A stretch of 41,171 bases of DNA from Octopus bimaculoides (taxonomy: Eukaryota), in contig NC_068991.1 of the NCBI RefSeq assembly GCF_001194135.2, positions 22,074,663 to 22,115,833 of the forward strand, read 5' to 3'. The position numbers were made by a program, and so were the translations under genes. Positions 1 to 11,391 of the stretch are shown piece after piece (position 1 is the stretch's first letter; each line of letters starts with the position of its first letter). The notes under the pieces are model-generated. The model did not search any database, was not told the DNA's origin, and saw nothing but the letters and a program-made list of their open reading frames with translations.

Positions 1-330
1 GTTGGGAATGTGTTTGTAAGGTCAAATCAAAAACAGGAAGAGAAAAAAAAGTGGGAGAGATGATAAACAAGTGAAGAAAGCGAAGGTGTGTTAACTAGTG
101 GTCAGGATAAAATGATGGAAGGAAGGGAGAGGTGAGAGAGAGAGAGAGAGAGGAAGAAATGAGAGGGTAAAGAGATGAGAAGGTAAAGAGTATGGGATAT
201 GTTAGCAGGGGTGTTGTGACAGAGCTTAAGGGATGGGCATAGAAAGTGTAGAGAGAAGGTAAGGGTAGTAAAATTGAGGTGGAAAGAAGAATTAAGAATA
301 TAAGTTGCTAGTGGTGAGTAGTAGAAGAAA
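1..330. repeat. GA-rich low-complexity sequence
   Basis: Purine-rich tract with (GA)n and no credible ORF. Confidence 0.8.
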
Positions 331-339
331 TAAAGAATT

Positions 340-567
340 TATATTTGTGAAGATATACACACATACATATCCACATATGTATATAGACATTTACATACAT
401 CAACACATATATGCGCATACATACTTTTGTATGTTACACGCACTCACGCATATACACTCATTTGCGTCTATTTTTGTATATATAAATTCTTGCATACATA
501 AATGCATGCAAGCATGCAGAATCACACACGTGCATAAATGTATGCAAAGGTATACATACACACACAC

Positions 568-598
<31 letters not shown>

Positions 599-816
599 GC
601 AGCAGCAAGTATGCATACATACATATATTTTCACATACTCATATACAAATCCGTACTTATATAAAATATCTACACCTATAATCATATATACTCACATGTA
701 TCTGCTTGCATGTTCATATATACACACATACATATATACACGTACATATATACACGTACATATATACATACACATATATACATATAAATATACATATACA
801 GACACACACATATATT

Positions 817-851
<35 letters not shown>
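340..851. repeat. Compound (CA)n/(TA)n microsatellite
   Basis: Direct reading; explains the spurious HTHT/YIYI/CVCV ORFs at 305-917. Confidence 0.9.
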
Positions 852-852
<1 letters not shown>

Positions 853-1356
853 CAAGAATAAGGGCAGGGAATCGTCAATTAATAATAGAATTAATAATTA
901 ACAATTTTGCCAAGTAGTTCAGTATGAGAAAACCTTTATCGGTAAAACCATTTATCATCATAAATATACAGGGATTAGCAATTGAGTTGCTTCTCCAACA
1001 TACTGAAAATTTAGAAATAGCAGTCAAAGAACTACTGATTCNNNNNNNNNNNNNNNNNNNNNNNNNNNNNNNNNNNNNNNNNNNNNNNNNNNNNNNNNNN
1101 NNNNNNNNNNNNNNNNNNNNNNNNNNNNNNNNNNNNNNNNNNNNNNNNNNNNNNNNNNNNNNNNNNNNNNNNNNNNNNNNNNNNNNNNNNNNNNNNNNNN
1201 NNNNNNNNNNNNNNNNNNNNNNNNNNNNNNNNNNNNNNNNNNNNNNNNNNNNNNNNNNNNNNNNNNNNNNNNNNNNNNNNNNNNNNNNNNNNNNNNNNNN
1301 NNNNNNNNNNNNNNNNNNNNNNNNNNNNNNNNNNNNNNNNNNNNNNNNNNNNNNNN

Positions 1357-1388
<32 letters not shown>

Positions 1389-2289
1389 GGCTGGAAAATT
1401 TGCAGTTCTAAATGACATAAACCCAGTATGTTGAACAGTAAATTTTCATTTATCTGCATCTCTTACATCTATCACAGTGGGTGGTGGCGAAAAAGCGGAA
1501 TTCCACAAAAGTTTTTTTTTTTGCTTTTTAGTGCTCCACTCTTCTTGCAGTTCTCAGAAGTTGTTGTCAAACTCAAGATAGGTCCTGTTGAAACAGATGC
1601 ATGACGAAAGGAGTTCCACTTGTAACAGTATGACCTGTTCATATTTCCAGGCATGTTCTATGAAAGTCTATGTTATCAAATGTATCTATCCTTTTTAAGT
1701 GTAGAAAGGTGTGATTTGAGGGAGATAAAGCTGCAGATTTTAACTGGTAAAATGACCAGGTACAGACTACTTCATTGTTCAGCAACATATAGTGTAAAGG
1801 GCTTTTGAAATATCTGTGCAGATTGTTAACCTCATCTTTGTTTTAGTTCCTCATCATCATCAAATGTATTTTCCCTTTTTTTATGCATAGTTAGGCAGGG
1901 CTTTGATGTATGAACTTCTACTTCATATAAAATTCCAGTATTCTATCTACCAGATTCTAGTGCTCAGATCCCTTGGCCATAGTTCCATTGGAACATATAT
2001 ATAGAAGGTTGAAACATATGTTAACTGAAAAGGATTCTACAGAAGTATAAACGTTTTATGAAACAGGAAAAAAAAAATTGTTTTGGATTGGCAGGAATGT
2101 AGGAATACTGAAGAAAATACCTTTCAAAGTTTAGTTGATAAACTTTATTTTCGGATTTAAAATCCTACCAAGAGCAACTTTGTCTTTCATTCGACGAAAG
2201 ATGATGAAATACAGAGCCAGTCAAGTACTAGAGTCAATATAATTCACTACAGACTCACAACATTACAAAAATACCAAGCAAAAATCTTA

Positions 2290-2450
2290 GTGGCATTTTT
2301 TGTTTGTCTTTATGTTCTGAATTCAAATTTCATGACGGCTGACTTTTCCTTTCATCCTTTCAGGGTTGATAGAATAAGTACCAGTCAAGGACTCAGGCTG
2401 ATGTCATTGACATACTCCCTCCAACAAAATTGCTGACCATGAGCTAAAAT
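2290..2450 (+). mobile_element. tRNA-derived SINE, octopus family A (degenerate)
   Basis: Shares gttctgaattcaaatt...cctttcatcctttc(a/g)ggg...aagtaccag core with copies at 5463, 13335, 15245, 23790 and 33785. Confidence 0.75.
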
Positions 2451-2890
2451 TTGAAACCAATATTACTAAAAGTTATATTGTTAATAATGGTAATACACAG
2501 AAAAAATTTAGGTGCATGATATAGTGCACCTATTCAGCTAGCAAAAATAAATTGTACCTGTAATTTAAAGGGCCAGTCTTGTCACATCTTATCTCATGCC
2601 AAATCTCCCTGAGAACTACATTAAGGTACACATGTCTGTGGAGTGCTCAGCCACTTACACCTTAATTTCATGAGCAGGCTGTTCCATTGATCAGGTCAAC
2701 TGGACCCTTGTCTTAACTGACAGAGTGCTAGTAATTCAGTGCCAACCTTTCTTACCTTCATGATGTCCCCACCACCACCTACCCATATCATTAGCTGTCT
2801 GTAGGATAGGAGTTTTCAGGAATTAGCTGCCTTCACTAGTGCTAACTCTGTACTGAAGCAAAGGGCAGTATCAAAACAATCAATAATAAC

Positions 2891-2966
2891 CTCGATTTCT
2901 GATTCATTAAAGTGCCAACTGGAATTGCAGAAATTTGGAGATTCATGTTTCTTAGAGGAGTGAGGC
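2891..2966 (-). CDS. RNASET2: Ribonuclease T2, coding exon 4 (76 nt, phase 2 to 0): [W]PHSSKKHESPNFCNSSWHFNESEIE
   Basis: Minus-strand acceptor ttttttctttttcag, donor gttatt; completes the HGIW-P motif; P-x-x-C-N-x-S-W-x-F is typical of animal RNase T2; two N-glycosylation sequons (NSS, NES). Confidence 0.9.
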
Positions 2967-3904
2967 CTGAAAAAGAAAAAAAAATAAGGTTGAAAGCTAT
3001 TGGAATCATCACTGTATAATTATTAATGTTCTTCTTGTAACTAAACTACAGGTTATGATGTCCCTTATAGAAATGGTTTCCTTGATCATCTTCCATCTCT
3101 AACTAAATGAAAACTGGTGGTATGCATAATAGAGCCTGGCAGAAATTATTAGCCATTTCAGACAATTGTAAGCTCAGGCATTTNNNNNNNNNNNNNNNNN
3201 NNNNNNNNNNNNNNNNNNNNNNNNNNNNNNNNNNNNNNNNNNNNNNNNNNNNNNNNNNNNNNNNNNNNNNNNNNNNNNNNNNNACACACAGGCCACATAG
3301 AGAACATTTCCTTCATCAGCTGCCACCATTATCACACTGAATTAAAGTATACAGTATCATATATCCATTATGGCTGATTTACCAATCAGTTTCACACTGG
3401 GGATTCAATGGAGTATTAGATAACAACCCAATTATGTAACCCTGTGCTCTTCAGAGATGGCAGTTATGAAATGAAATATAGCAACTGCTCTCAATTGTTG
3501 GTAGTGAAAAGACATCTTTTTTGTGGTTGCTGCGAAAAAGATGATGAAATGAACTGAGCAATGGTTATATATATAAACCATAAGTCAGAAGATATGAGAG
3601 GTTAATACATTTATTTAACCATTTGTCATCCTTAGAATTATGGCCATTTCACAGCCTTCTTCATGCGAAAATTATTTCAGTGTATAATAAATCATATTTA
3701 CATGTCTGCATTAATATGCATGCTATGCATTATACAGTATAATTGTATATTCACAAATAAATGAAGATAAAGAAAGCCAGCTCATCATGTCACCAGAATA
3801 TTATGGTTACACCAATGATTCATCTTTGAGGAGTTTTCTGTGATAGTCATGTAGTTCTATGAATCCATATATTGTAGTACAAAGATATATATATGTATAT
3901 ATAG

Positions 3905-4050
3905 CTGTAGGCATAACTGTGTAGTTAGGAAATTTGCTTTACAACCAAATGGCTCTGGGTTTGATGTTACAGCTTGGCATATTAAGAAAGTCTTTTTCTG
4001 CTATAGCACTGGGTTGAACAATTGCCTATGGGTGAAATTTAGGAGTCAGC
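3905..4050 (+). mobile_element. tRNA-derived SINE, octopus family B (old copy)
   Basis: Similar to copies at 30682 and 35515 (ggcatggctgtgtggtaagaag...cttctactatagc pattern). Confidence 0.6.
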
Positions 4051-4878
4051 TGTGCAGAAGCTTGGAGGTAGTTAATCTAACAGACCCTGTGGACATTTCA
4101 TCTAAGTTTGGGGTCTGTTTTATCCATGTAAATTTAGGACTTGGTAACAAGTTGTTAAGATGGTAGAAGAGCATTGCAGAATATATGACTGGGGTACCAG
4201 ACATTCAGCAAGTTGGGATTAAATGGCATTCTATAGTCTTTTACTGGTTTCAGTTACCAGACTGCAACCAAACTAGGGCAGTACTCTCAAGTATTTTAAT
4301 TGATCATAACACTCCTAGCACTTATTTCTGTCTGGTGGTTATTTTATTAATATCTATTTGCTAATCTGTTATGGAAAATAAAGGGAAACAATACACGCTA
4401 CTCTTGCAGTCAGGGAAGGGAGTTGACAGGTTCAGATGAAACCAATCTATATAGCTCAACATGAATAAATGTTGCAGTGGATTGTGTTTGGAAGGGCATC
4501 CAGTTGCAAAAAAAAAAAAGCATTAAAAAATAAATGAAGGGAGATAACAAAGGGATGCGACACAGGATTGCAGGGACACTTTACTCTTGTCAAAGACAAC
4601 TTTCCAGTGACAGTAACATGACAAAATGCATTCAGTCTATGGTGTAAAGAAGTTGGTGATGAGAGAAGTATCCAACTATGGAAACCATGCCAAAAATAAT
4701 GACATACATGATAACAGAGTTGGCTGGTTTTCTGTATGTGACAGGTGACAAAAAACCATGGCAAATGGTGAAATATCATGAGACACATACAACATAGAAA
4801 AATGGAAGTAAAATGATAGTGATAATAAAAAGCACCCTAATTGCTTGACTGCATATATAAAAAAGGCTAGACTCTTAC

Positions 4879-4934
4879 CAAATTCCATGGATAACCCAGT
4901 TTTTCACCATGTCTGGAATTTTACAATCTAGTCC
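4879..4934 (-). CDS. RNASET2: Ribonuclease T2, coding exon 3 (56 nt, phase 0 to 2): GLDCKIPDMVKNWVIHGI[W]
   Basis: Minus-strand acceptor cttttcttttaattttcag, donor gtaaga; encodes catalytic CAS-I motif W-x-IHGIW(P) with the active-site His. Confidence 0.93.
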
Positions 4935-5124
4935 CTGAAAATTAAAAGAAAAGATTCAAGTTGTCATATTTACTTTATCATGTATAATCACAATAATTTG
5001 AGGGAGGCTAGTAGTAGTCAATGTCAAGAAGAGTCTATGTAATAAAATTAAGGTTTGTTAGTATTTTGAAGTTGGAGATATTCCTTTGAAATATTAAAAT
5101 TTCTTACACACACATACATATAAT

Positions 5125-5310
5125 CATCATCATCATTTAGTATCTGTTTTCCATATTGGCACGAGTAAGACAGTTTGACTGGGGCTGGTAAGCTGGAGAG
5201 CTGCACCAGGCTCCAGTCTATTTTGGCTTGGTTTCTACAGCTGGGTACTCTTCCTAATGCCAACCACTCCATAGAGTGTACTTTGTGTTTTTTACATGTC
5301 ACTGGCACAT
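5125..5310 (-). mobile_element. RTE-LINE-type 3' end with (GAT)n tail
   Basis: Reverse complement of the ...ccagctgtagaaac...ggagcctggtg... (gat)n module also at 11392, 27497, 28544 and 35952. Confidence 0.75.
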
Positions 5311-5462
5311 ATGCCCTTTATATGTCATGTTATGTCTTTGAGGGTTTGAATATCTCGTCGCCAATAACGTTGTAGTGCAGTGGCACTGAACCCCAAACCG
5401 TGTGGTTGAGAAGCAAGCTTCTTACCACACAGCCACACCTGTTGTCATTATTACTAAATGTC

Positions 5463-5683
5463 TAAGGTAGCAAGCTGGTAGAAACGTTAGCACGCCAGGC
5501 AAAATGCTTAGTGGTATTTCATCTGTCTTTACGTTCTGAGTTCAAATTCCACCGAGGTCGACTTTGCCTTTCATCCTTTTGGGGTCGATAAATTAAGCAC
5601 CAGGTTTGTACTAGGGTTGATCTAATCGACTGGCCTCCACCCCCAAAATTTGGGGGCTTGTGCCTAGAGTAGAAAAGATTATT
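5463..5683 (+). mobile_element. tRNA-derived SINE, family A, near full length
   Basis: A-box-like agctggtagaa, B-box-like gagttcaaatt, family core, AT-rich 3' end; many dispersed copies in the window. Confidence 0.85.
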
Positions 5684-6684
5684 ACTAAATGTTTATCATT
5701 TTGCAACAACTACCAGATATTATAATTACATGCATACCATGTTGTTCAAATGTAAAAAGTCCTTGTATCTTCTCAATAGCATAGTAAAGGCTCTCAGTTT
5801 CTGGGGAGGTGGAGTGCAAAGACACTTTTGGTACTTCCACCATAATGAGCATGTATGACAGGATAAAGGACATTTTGTATCACTTTTACACTGGTATTTA
5901 GTGGAGTGTGACCCCCACCATTCTTGTTCCTACACTACTAGAACATGTCCAAGCATTTAATTTTCTCGTTTTCTGTCTATAAGAGCATAGTATCTGAAGT
6001 GTCAAAAGTCATTAACAATATATATTACAGGGTTAAATGTGAACACTTTAAAAAGAGAGGTCTTATATCAGTGCCGGAGGCAGTCTAACGTGAATTGGTG
6101 TTGAAAAATTTAAGAAACAGAGTTATGATTTAGTCCTTTTACGTTTTTTTTTTTAATTGTTTCATAATAGTTTCTTTGTTAGTTCACAAGGTTTTCAACA
6201 CATATAGAAAAAGAGATATTTTTGAGGCTTTTAAAGTTAATAAGTTGATTTAAGAAATTCAATTTTTTTTAAAATTGAATTTAGTTTGGAAAATTATTTT
6301 CAATTCCATTGCCACAACCAAACTGACTAAATGGCAACACATATACACACTATGTGGCTGCTTTATATACCTTCAACAGATAGCAACCAAATCTCCTTCA
6401 AATCACACTGTCATTTTAGAAAAGAAATACATTTAGAGTGACATATTTTAGAAAAATATGAGACAGTCAACAGCTGCAATGCATGTAATTATAGGTCTCT
6501 TAGAGCAGGGCTGACCAAGTGTTAAACAATACAAGCATACACACAAATTCAAATTAAAAAAAAACAAAAAACATCAGTTCTGACATTTTGAAAACTTTCT
6601 AGCATAAAAAAGCAAGGAAATTGAAAATAATTATTTGAATGAATATAAAAAAAAATTTCAAATTGTTTGATTTTACATTCCTAC

Positions 6685-6766
6685 CTCTTCCGCTGCATGA
6701 ATACAAAAACCTGGTAGCCATTGTTGTGAGAAAACATAGGAATCAAAAGAATCATCCTTTGCAGAT
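6685..6766 (-). CDS. RNASET2: Ribonuclease T2, coding exon 2 (82 nt, phase 2 to 0): [I]SAKDDSFDSYVFSQQWLPGFCIHAAEE
   Basis: Minus-strand acceptor poly(T)-cccacag, donor gtagga; F/W-D-x-Y-x-F-x-Q-Q-W-x-P-x-x-C is the RNase T2 N-terminal signature. Confidence 0.92.
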
Positions 6767-7066
6767 CTGTGGGAAAAAAAAAAAAAAAAAAAAACGATTA
6801 ACTAAACTAAGTAATTAAGGAGATGAGTGTTTATAAGATCATAACTGATCAAACTAGCATCTTCATTTTTGGAGACAAAAATTTGATATCAATATTTATA
6901 TTTGAATAGCATTTCTAACAGTTTGACCTTCAGTACTAAATTATTGCCAACGACTCTGTCAAGTTTGAGGCCTTCACTATAATGTACAAAATATACTTTT
7001 ACATACTTGCATAGGCGAGGTAGGTAATCTGTGGCCATTACATATATATACATATATATATATATA

Positions 7067-7724
7067 CAGGGTGTGATGGGTAAATTGTCACCATTTTATA
7101 TTTTTAATTTCACACAAGCAAATTGTTTGTTTTTGATTTTATCAACTACACAGTAAAGTAGGGTCAGTTGGACACCATCTGTGAGCACCATAACATAATT
7201 CATTCAGCCAGAAATTTGGAAATGACATGCTATACTGCTTGGTATTCATGCCGGAAGCTCAAATACAAACATTTCAGAGTGTTTGGGTGTCAATCTGAGG
7301 ACATGTACTGACATTGATAAAAATCAAACATCCAGTCAACATCATGGTGACGGTGATGGTGATGTTATGCCTCCATTCATCTTCCCACACGGCCTCAGAC
7401 TCAGACACAGATGGAGGCCTACAAGTGCCTGGAGGAGGTAGTGCTGCCCTGGGTGAAGAAGGTGACTGCTGGAAGACTCCATGTCTTGCAACAGAACTCT
7501 GCACCATGCCGCACAAGCAGGAGAACCCAGTCATGGCTGTCAGACAATTTCTGCGACCACATCACTCCTAACATCTGGCCACCTAACTCCCCAGACTGCA
7601 ACCCCCTTGATTATTATGTGTGGGTTGCAGTTGAGTGAGAGACCAACAAAACTCCTTGTAACACAAAAGATGAACTAAAAGCAAGGATTATGGCAGCATT
7701 CACCAATTTAAACAAGAAGACCGT
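7067..7724 (+). mobile_element. Tc1/mariner-superfamily remnant, maT (DD37D)-like, internally deleted, right end missing
   Basis: TA followed by TIR-like cagggtgtgatgggtaaattgtcacc; transposase fragments KHPVNIMV, DGDVMPPFIFPHGLR, LQQNSAPC and WPPNSPDCNPLDYYVW. Confidence 0.85.
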
Positions 7725-7819
7725 ACACAACACATATATATATATATACATACACACACACATATATATACATACATATATATATATATACACATACATA
7801 CATACACACATACATATAT

Positions 7820-9085
7820 GATGATGGCTGTCCACTCGTGACCGAGGAAGACCATTGCTGACCTTCAGGAACATTGCGCGCTCTAGAACTAACTTATATT
7901 TTGCATTTTCGGCTCTGTTGGTGACTAATGAGCCCTGCCCTTGACAAGCATACACAATTGCAAACATTGCAGACCAAGCTCTCCCCATTCATTATACGAG
8001 CCAAGCTTCCATCCCATCATGAAATGATTTAATTATAGATACAAAGTGACCCGGACATCCAAGTTTGCCAAGTATTTTCCATAGAAAGGCCCTATTTACA
8101 ATATTAAAGGGCTTTGTTAAATCAATGAATACCTAGACAAGATCCATATTCTGCTCATAGCACTTCTCCTGCATATGTCTTGCTGTGAAAATCATATCCA
8201 TTGTCTCTCTACCAGATCAGAAGCCACATTGAGATTCAGATAGGACATAATCCAGCAAGTGTAAAACTTTAGACCTTGGATGCATCCACGTTGTTGTGCG
8301 ATCACCTTTGTGCATAAAACGAGTGCTTGTGATGTAAAGTCCATGTTCTTCGCAAAGCTCCAGTAGCATGAGACCATTGCTATTCATTTTCCCTACTCCA
8401 AAATGTCCTAGAGAGTTCCATGTTTGCCAGTCTGTTCCAACTCTGGTATTAAAATCCTCCAATAGAATGACTTTATCAGAATTGGTGATTTTTCTAAGTA
8501 TGGCTCTCAGCTGGGTATAAAAGATTGTTTTATCTTCATCACAGCTAGTCAAAGTAGGTGCATAGGCACTTATTGGAGTAGCAAACTGCCTACCTTTCAA
8601 GTGCAACCATAGAGTCATTATACATTCATTTATAGGAACAGGGAGCTCTTCCAACTTCTTAAGGATATCAGATTGGACTGCAAAACCAACACTAGCCTCT
8701 CTGCACTCCTCCTTCTGCCTTCCCTTCCAAAAAAAGATGTATCCACCTCCTACTTCCTCAAGCTGACCATCACCTTCTATACAAATCTCTGAGAGTGCAG
8801 CTATATCAATGTTATAACAGTTCAGCTTGCGAGCAACAAGTGCAGTGCGTCTTTCAGGCCTACAATCACTCTTGTTGTCCAACAGAATACACACATTCCA
8901 ACATGAAATGTTTAAGTTCCGTCCAGATTTTATAAATAAAAGACTCTTTGTTTTTCGAGCACAGGGTGGACATCCGTCAGTCGTGCTAAACTGACCAGAT
9001 ATGGAAAGGCAAGCAATTTTTGGTTCACCTTTTCTAGAACCTCCCCGGCCTCTGGGTGAGCAGCGCCCTCTCCATCTTCATAGAT
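7820..9085 (-). mobile_element. RTE-clade LINE, internally deleted derivative (5' region, APE endonuclease, short RT piece, C-terminal zinc finger, (CAT)n tail)
   Basis: WNV-like motif before ORF 8217-8894, RPERRTALVAR..DIAALSE, SAYAPT, DFN, WMHPRSK..HLLDYV; then SESQCGF..MIFTAR..QEKC..FIDLTK; then CNVCNCVCLSRAGLISH. Confidence 0.9.
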
Positions 9086-9532
9086 AACCTTGGAGCAGTG
9101 TCTGATGAATATGGTGAAAGATTTCACCAGGACATTAGTGTTATGGAGAAATGGTACCAAGGCTTCTGAAGTGACAGTATGCTGGCTGACTATTGTTGGA
9201 CACCAGATCAGGAACACCACAGGAAATCCAAATTACAATGTTTCTGACATTGTTTTGTCTGAACCATTTTTTGTGTATTCACTCTTTGTAGAATGATAGT
9301 GATGATTTTTAACTCAATAAACTCCTTTGCTTTCTAAAAATAATATGACCTTATTTATTATGCTAATGATTTCATATATATAAATATGTAAATATTTGCA
9401 TGTATCTACTGAAAAGCTAATACGTGCTGCACATAAATGGAGTGAAATTTTAAAATCAGCATGAAAAATTAGTCTAAGAAAGTTGGTTTGCATTCATAAT
9501 CAGTATAGTACATTTAATTTTGTTGACCAGTG
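9083..9532 (+). mobile_element. Chapaev3 (CMC superfamily) DNA transposon, 3' fragment with right TIR
   Basis: Translates NLGAVSDEYGERFHQDISVMEKWYQGF*SDSMLADYCW, the typical Chapaev3 transposase C-terminus; ends in ...tgttgaccagtg (CACTGG-type terminus) at 9532. Confidence 0.75.
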
Positions 9533-9578
9533 TTATTTGTAAAAAGGAAAAAATAAATAGTGTAGATCTTTTACTTAC

Positions 9579-9649
9579 ATCGTTGGGATATACAAGTGAA
9601 GACTTACTGCAATCAAGCTTATACCGAGGATACATTTTATTCTCAACAT
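9579..9649 (-). CDS. RNASET2: Ribonuclease T2, first coding exon (exon 9660-9579, ATG at 9649; 71 coding nt, ends phase 2): signal peptide MLRIKCILGISLIAVSLHLYIPT[I]
   Basis: Minus-strand acceptor tatttagtttcag, consensus donor gtaagt; basic N-region plus hydrophobic core; phase 2 matches exon 2; predicted cleavage after ISA gives a mature N-terminus KDD. Confidence 0.85.
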
Positions 9650-9674
9650 CTCTTATGCCACTGAAACTAAATAC

Positions 9675-9718
<44 letters not shown>
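9675..9718. repeat. (AAT)n microsatellite immediately upstream of the RNase T2 exon acceptor
   Basis: Direct reading. Confidence 0.95.
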
Positions 9719-9721
<3 letters not shown>

Positions 9722-9869
9722 TATCCATTTAAATGTCTGTTTTACTACATGAAGATATTTCGCTACCTCATGTATTACATAAAGATATTTCACTACCCAC
9801 TGTCCCCAAGCTTTCAGTCATACTGCAACATCTCTTATCCTTCACTCGCCCTAGGACGCTGGGTGTGTC

Positions 9870-10314
9870 TTGGCAAGTGACTGTAACAAACATGCAGATT
9901 AGAAGTAAAAATGATAATAAGTATAAAGATCTTGAAATAAAAATTGGCAAAATGTGGAGCCTCAACACTAAAACAATACCTGTTGTCATAGGTGCCCTAG
10001 GAACAATAGAAAAAGGGGCTGATTGCTACCTAGCTCAGATACCAGGAAACCCCAAAACGATAGAAAATTAAAAAATAGTGTTTATGGGAACTGTCCATAT
10101 CCTATGTAAAATACTGTCTATATAATCTCAATTTTTAAAACAAACTTTTAATAATTTTCATGTTTTCTTAAACATTCTCTAGAACAATACTTTGTGCAAA
10201 ACCAAATATACACACCCTAGTCATAACACTAACTTCAACTTCTAACATGTCTCTTGAGGTCTTTGGGTGAGACTTGGAGTCACCTTGTACAAATACAAAG
10301 CAAAAGTCAAACAT

Positions 10315-10346
<32 letters not shown>

Positions 10347-10352
10347 AATAAT
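9870..10352 (+). mobile_element. R4/Dong-clade non-LTR retrotransposon, 5'-truncated 3' end with (TAA)n tail or target
   Basis: KYKDLEIKIGKMWSLNTKTIPVVIGALG...QIPGNP, then IVFMGTVHIL: restriction-like endonuclease C-terminus; followed by 3' UTR and (TAA)n. Confidence 0.75.
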
Positions 10353-10860
10353 TAGCAGTATAGCCCGGCTTTGCCCGGGATTAAGTTAGGATTATTAAGC
10401 TAATCGAGTTCTTTATTTCAAACCAAGCTAAGTAACATCGATGTCAAATTTGGGCAAAATCCGTTAAAATTGGTAGACTTTTGGCTGAAAATGAGTTGCA
10501 GACAACTTGATTGGGTAATCTCATAAGGAATTGGTTTATCGATTTTTTCCACTCATCGACTTTGTTTTCTTTTCATTATTGTAGAACTTAAAGCATTCAA
10601 AAATCCCATGAGTCCTAAGTAATGTTGGCATGAAGTTTGAACAAAATACATCAAAACTGGTAAAAGTTATGGTTGAAAATGGGGTGTAGCCAATTTTATT
10701 CGGAAATCCTATAAGGAATCAGTTTATCAATTTTTTTTTTATATCCTGATTAAATGTAAAACCTCATAAGGAATCCTGATTAAATGGAAAACCCCATAAG
10801 GAATCAGTTTGGACTTAACCGAACACAACATTGCTGATTCAAAAACATCTATATTTATAC
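10352..10860 (-). mobile_element. Non-autonomous Helitron-like element
   Basis: On the minus strand a GC hairpin CCCGG-gcaaag-CCGGG (10364-10379) lies 8 nt before a terminal CTAA followed by T; internal subrepeats cataaggaatc. Confidence 0.65.
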
Positions 10861-11391
10861 TTTAAAGTGGTTTTCACACCCAACCCAGTTTTGCAGAATC
10901 AGTGTCGCGACGGGAGCGCATGGGTTGGGAGTCTGATCAGCAGAGGTTATCAAGTTGCACATGCCAGNNNNNNNNNNNNNNNNNNNNNNNNNNNNNNNNN
11001 NNNNNNNNNNNNNNNNNNNNNNNNNNNNNNNNNNNNNNNNNNNNNNNNNNNNNNNNNNNNNNNNNNNNNNNNNNNNNNNNNNNNNNNNNNNNNNNNNNNN
11101 NNNNNNNNNNNNNNNNNNNNNNNNNNNNNNNNNNNNNNNNNNNNNNNNNNNNNNNNNNNNNNNNNNNNNNNNNNNNNNNNNNNNNNNNNNNNNNNNNNNN
11201 NNNNNNNNNNNNNNNNNNNNNNNNNNNNNNNNNNNNNNNNNNNNNNNNNNNNNNNNNNNNNNNNNNNNNNNNNNNNNNNNNNNNNNNNNNNNNNNNNNNN
11301 NNNNNNNNNNNNNNNNNNNNNNNNNNNNNNNNNNNNNNNNNNNNNNNNNNNNNNNNNNNNNNNNNNNNNNNNNNNNNNNNNNNNNNNNNNN

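Noticed and set aside
305-1459. Long ORFs in the track here and at 10831-11528, 25369-26099 and 32054-33134
   Set aside because: Built from dinucleotide repeats or N gaps
1540-1660. Minus-strand LLSSCICFNRTYLEFDNNF as a Penelope RT relic
   Set aside because: Resemblance too short and weak to support
1951-2024. Minus-strand 74-nt open segment with phase 0 to 2 and AG/GT ends (LTYVSTFYIYVPMELWPRDLSTRIW) as RNase T2 exon 5
   Set aside because: Phases fit, but WP-to-W spacing and residues match RNase T2 poorly, the donor (gtagat) is weak and the region looks repeat-derived; the true exon is more likely in a gap or left of the window
6774-6793. Poly(A) run as a retrocopy tail
   Set aside because: It is the poly(T) pyrimidine tract of the minus-strand exon 2 acceptor
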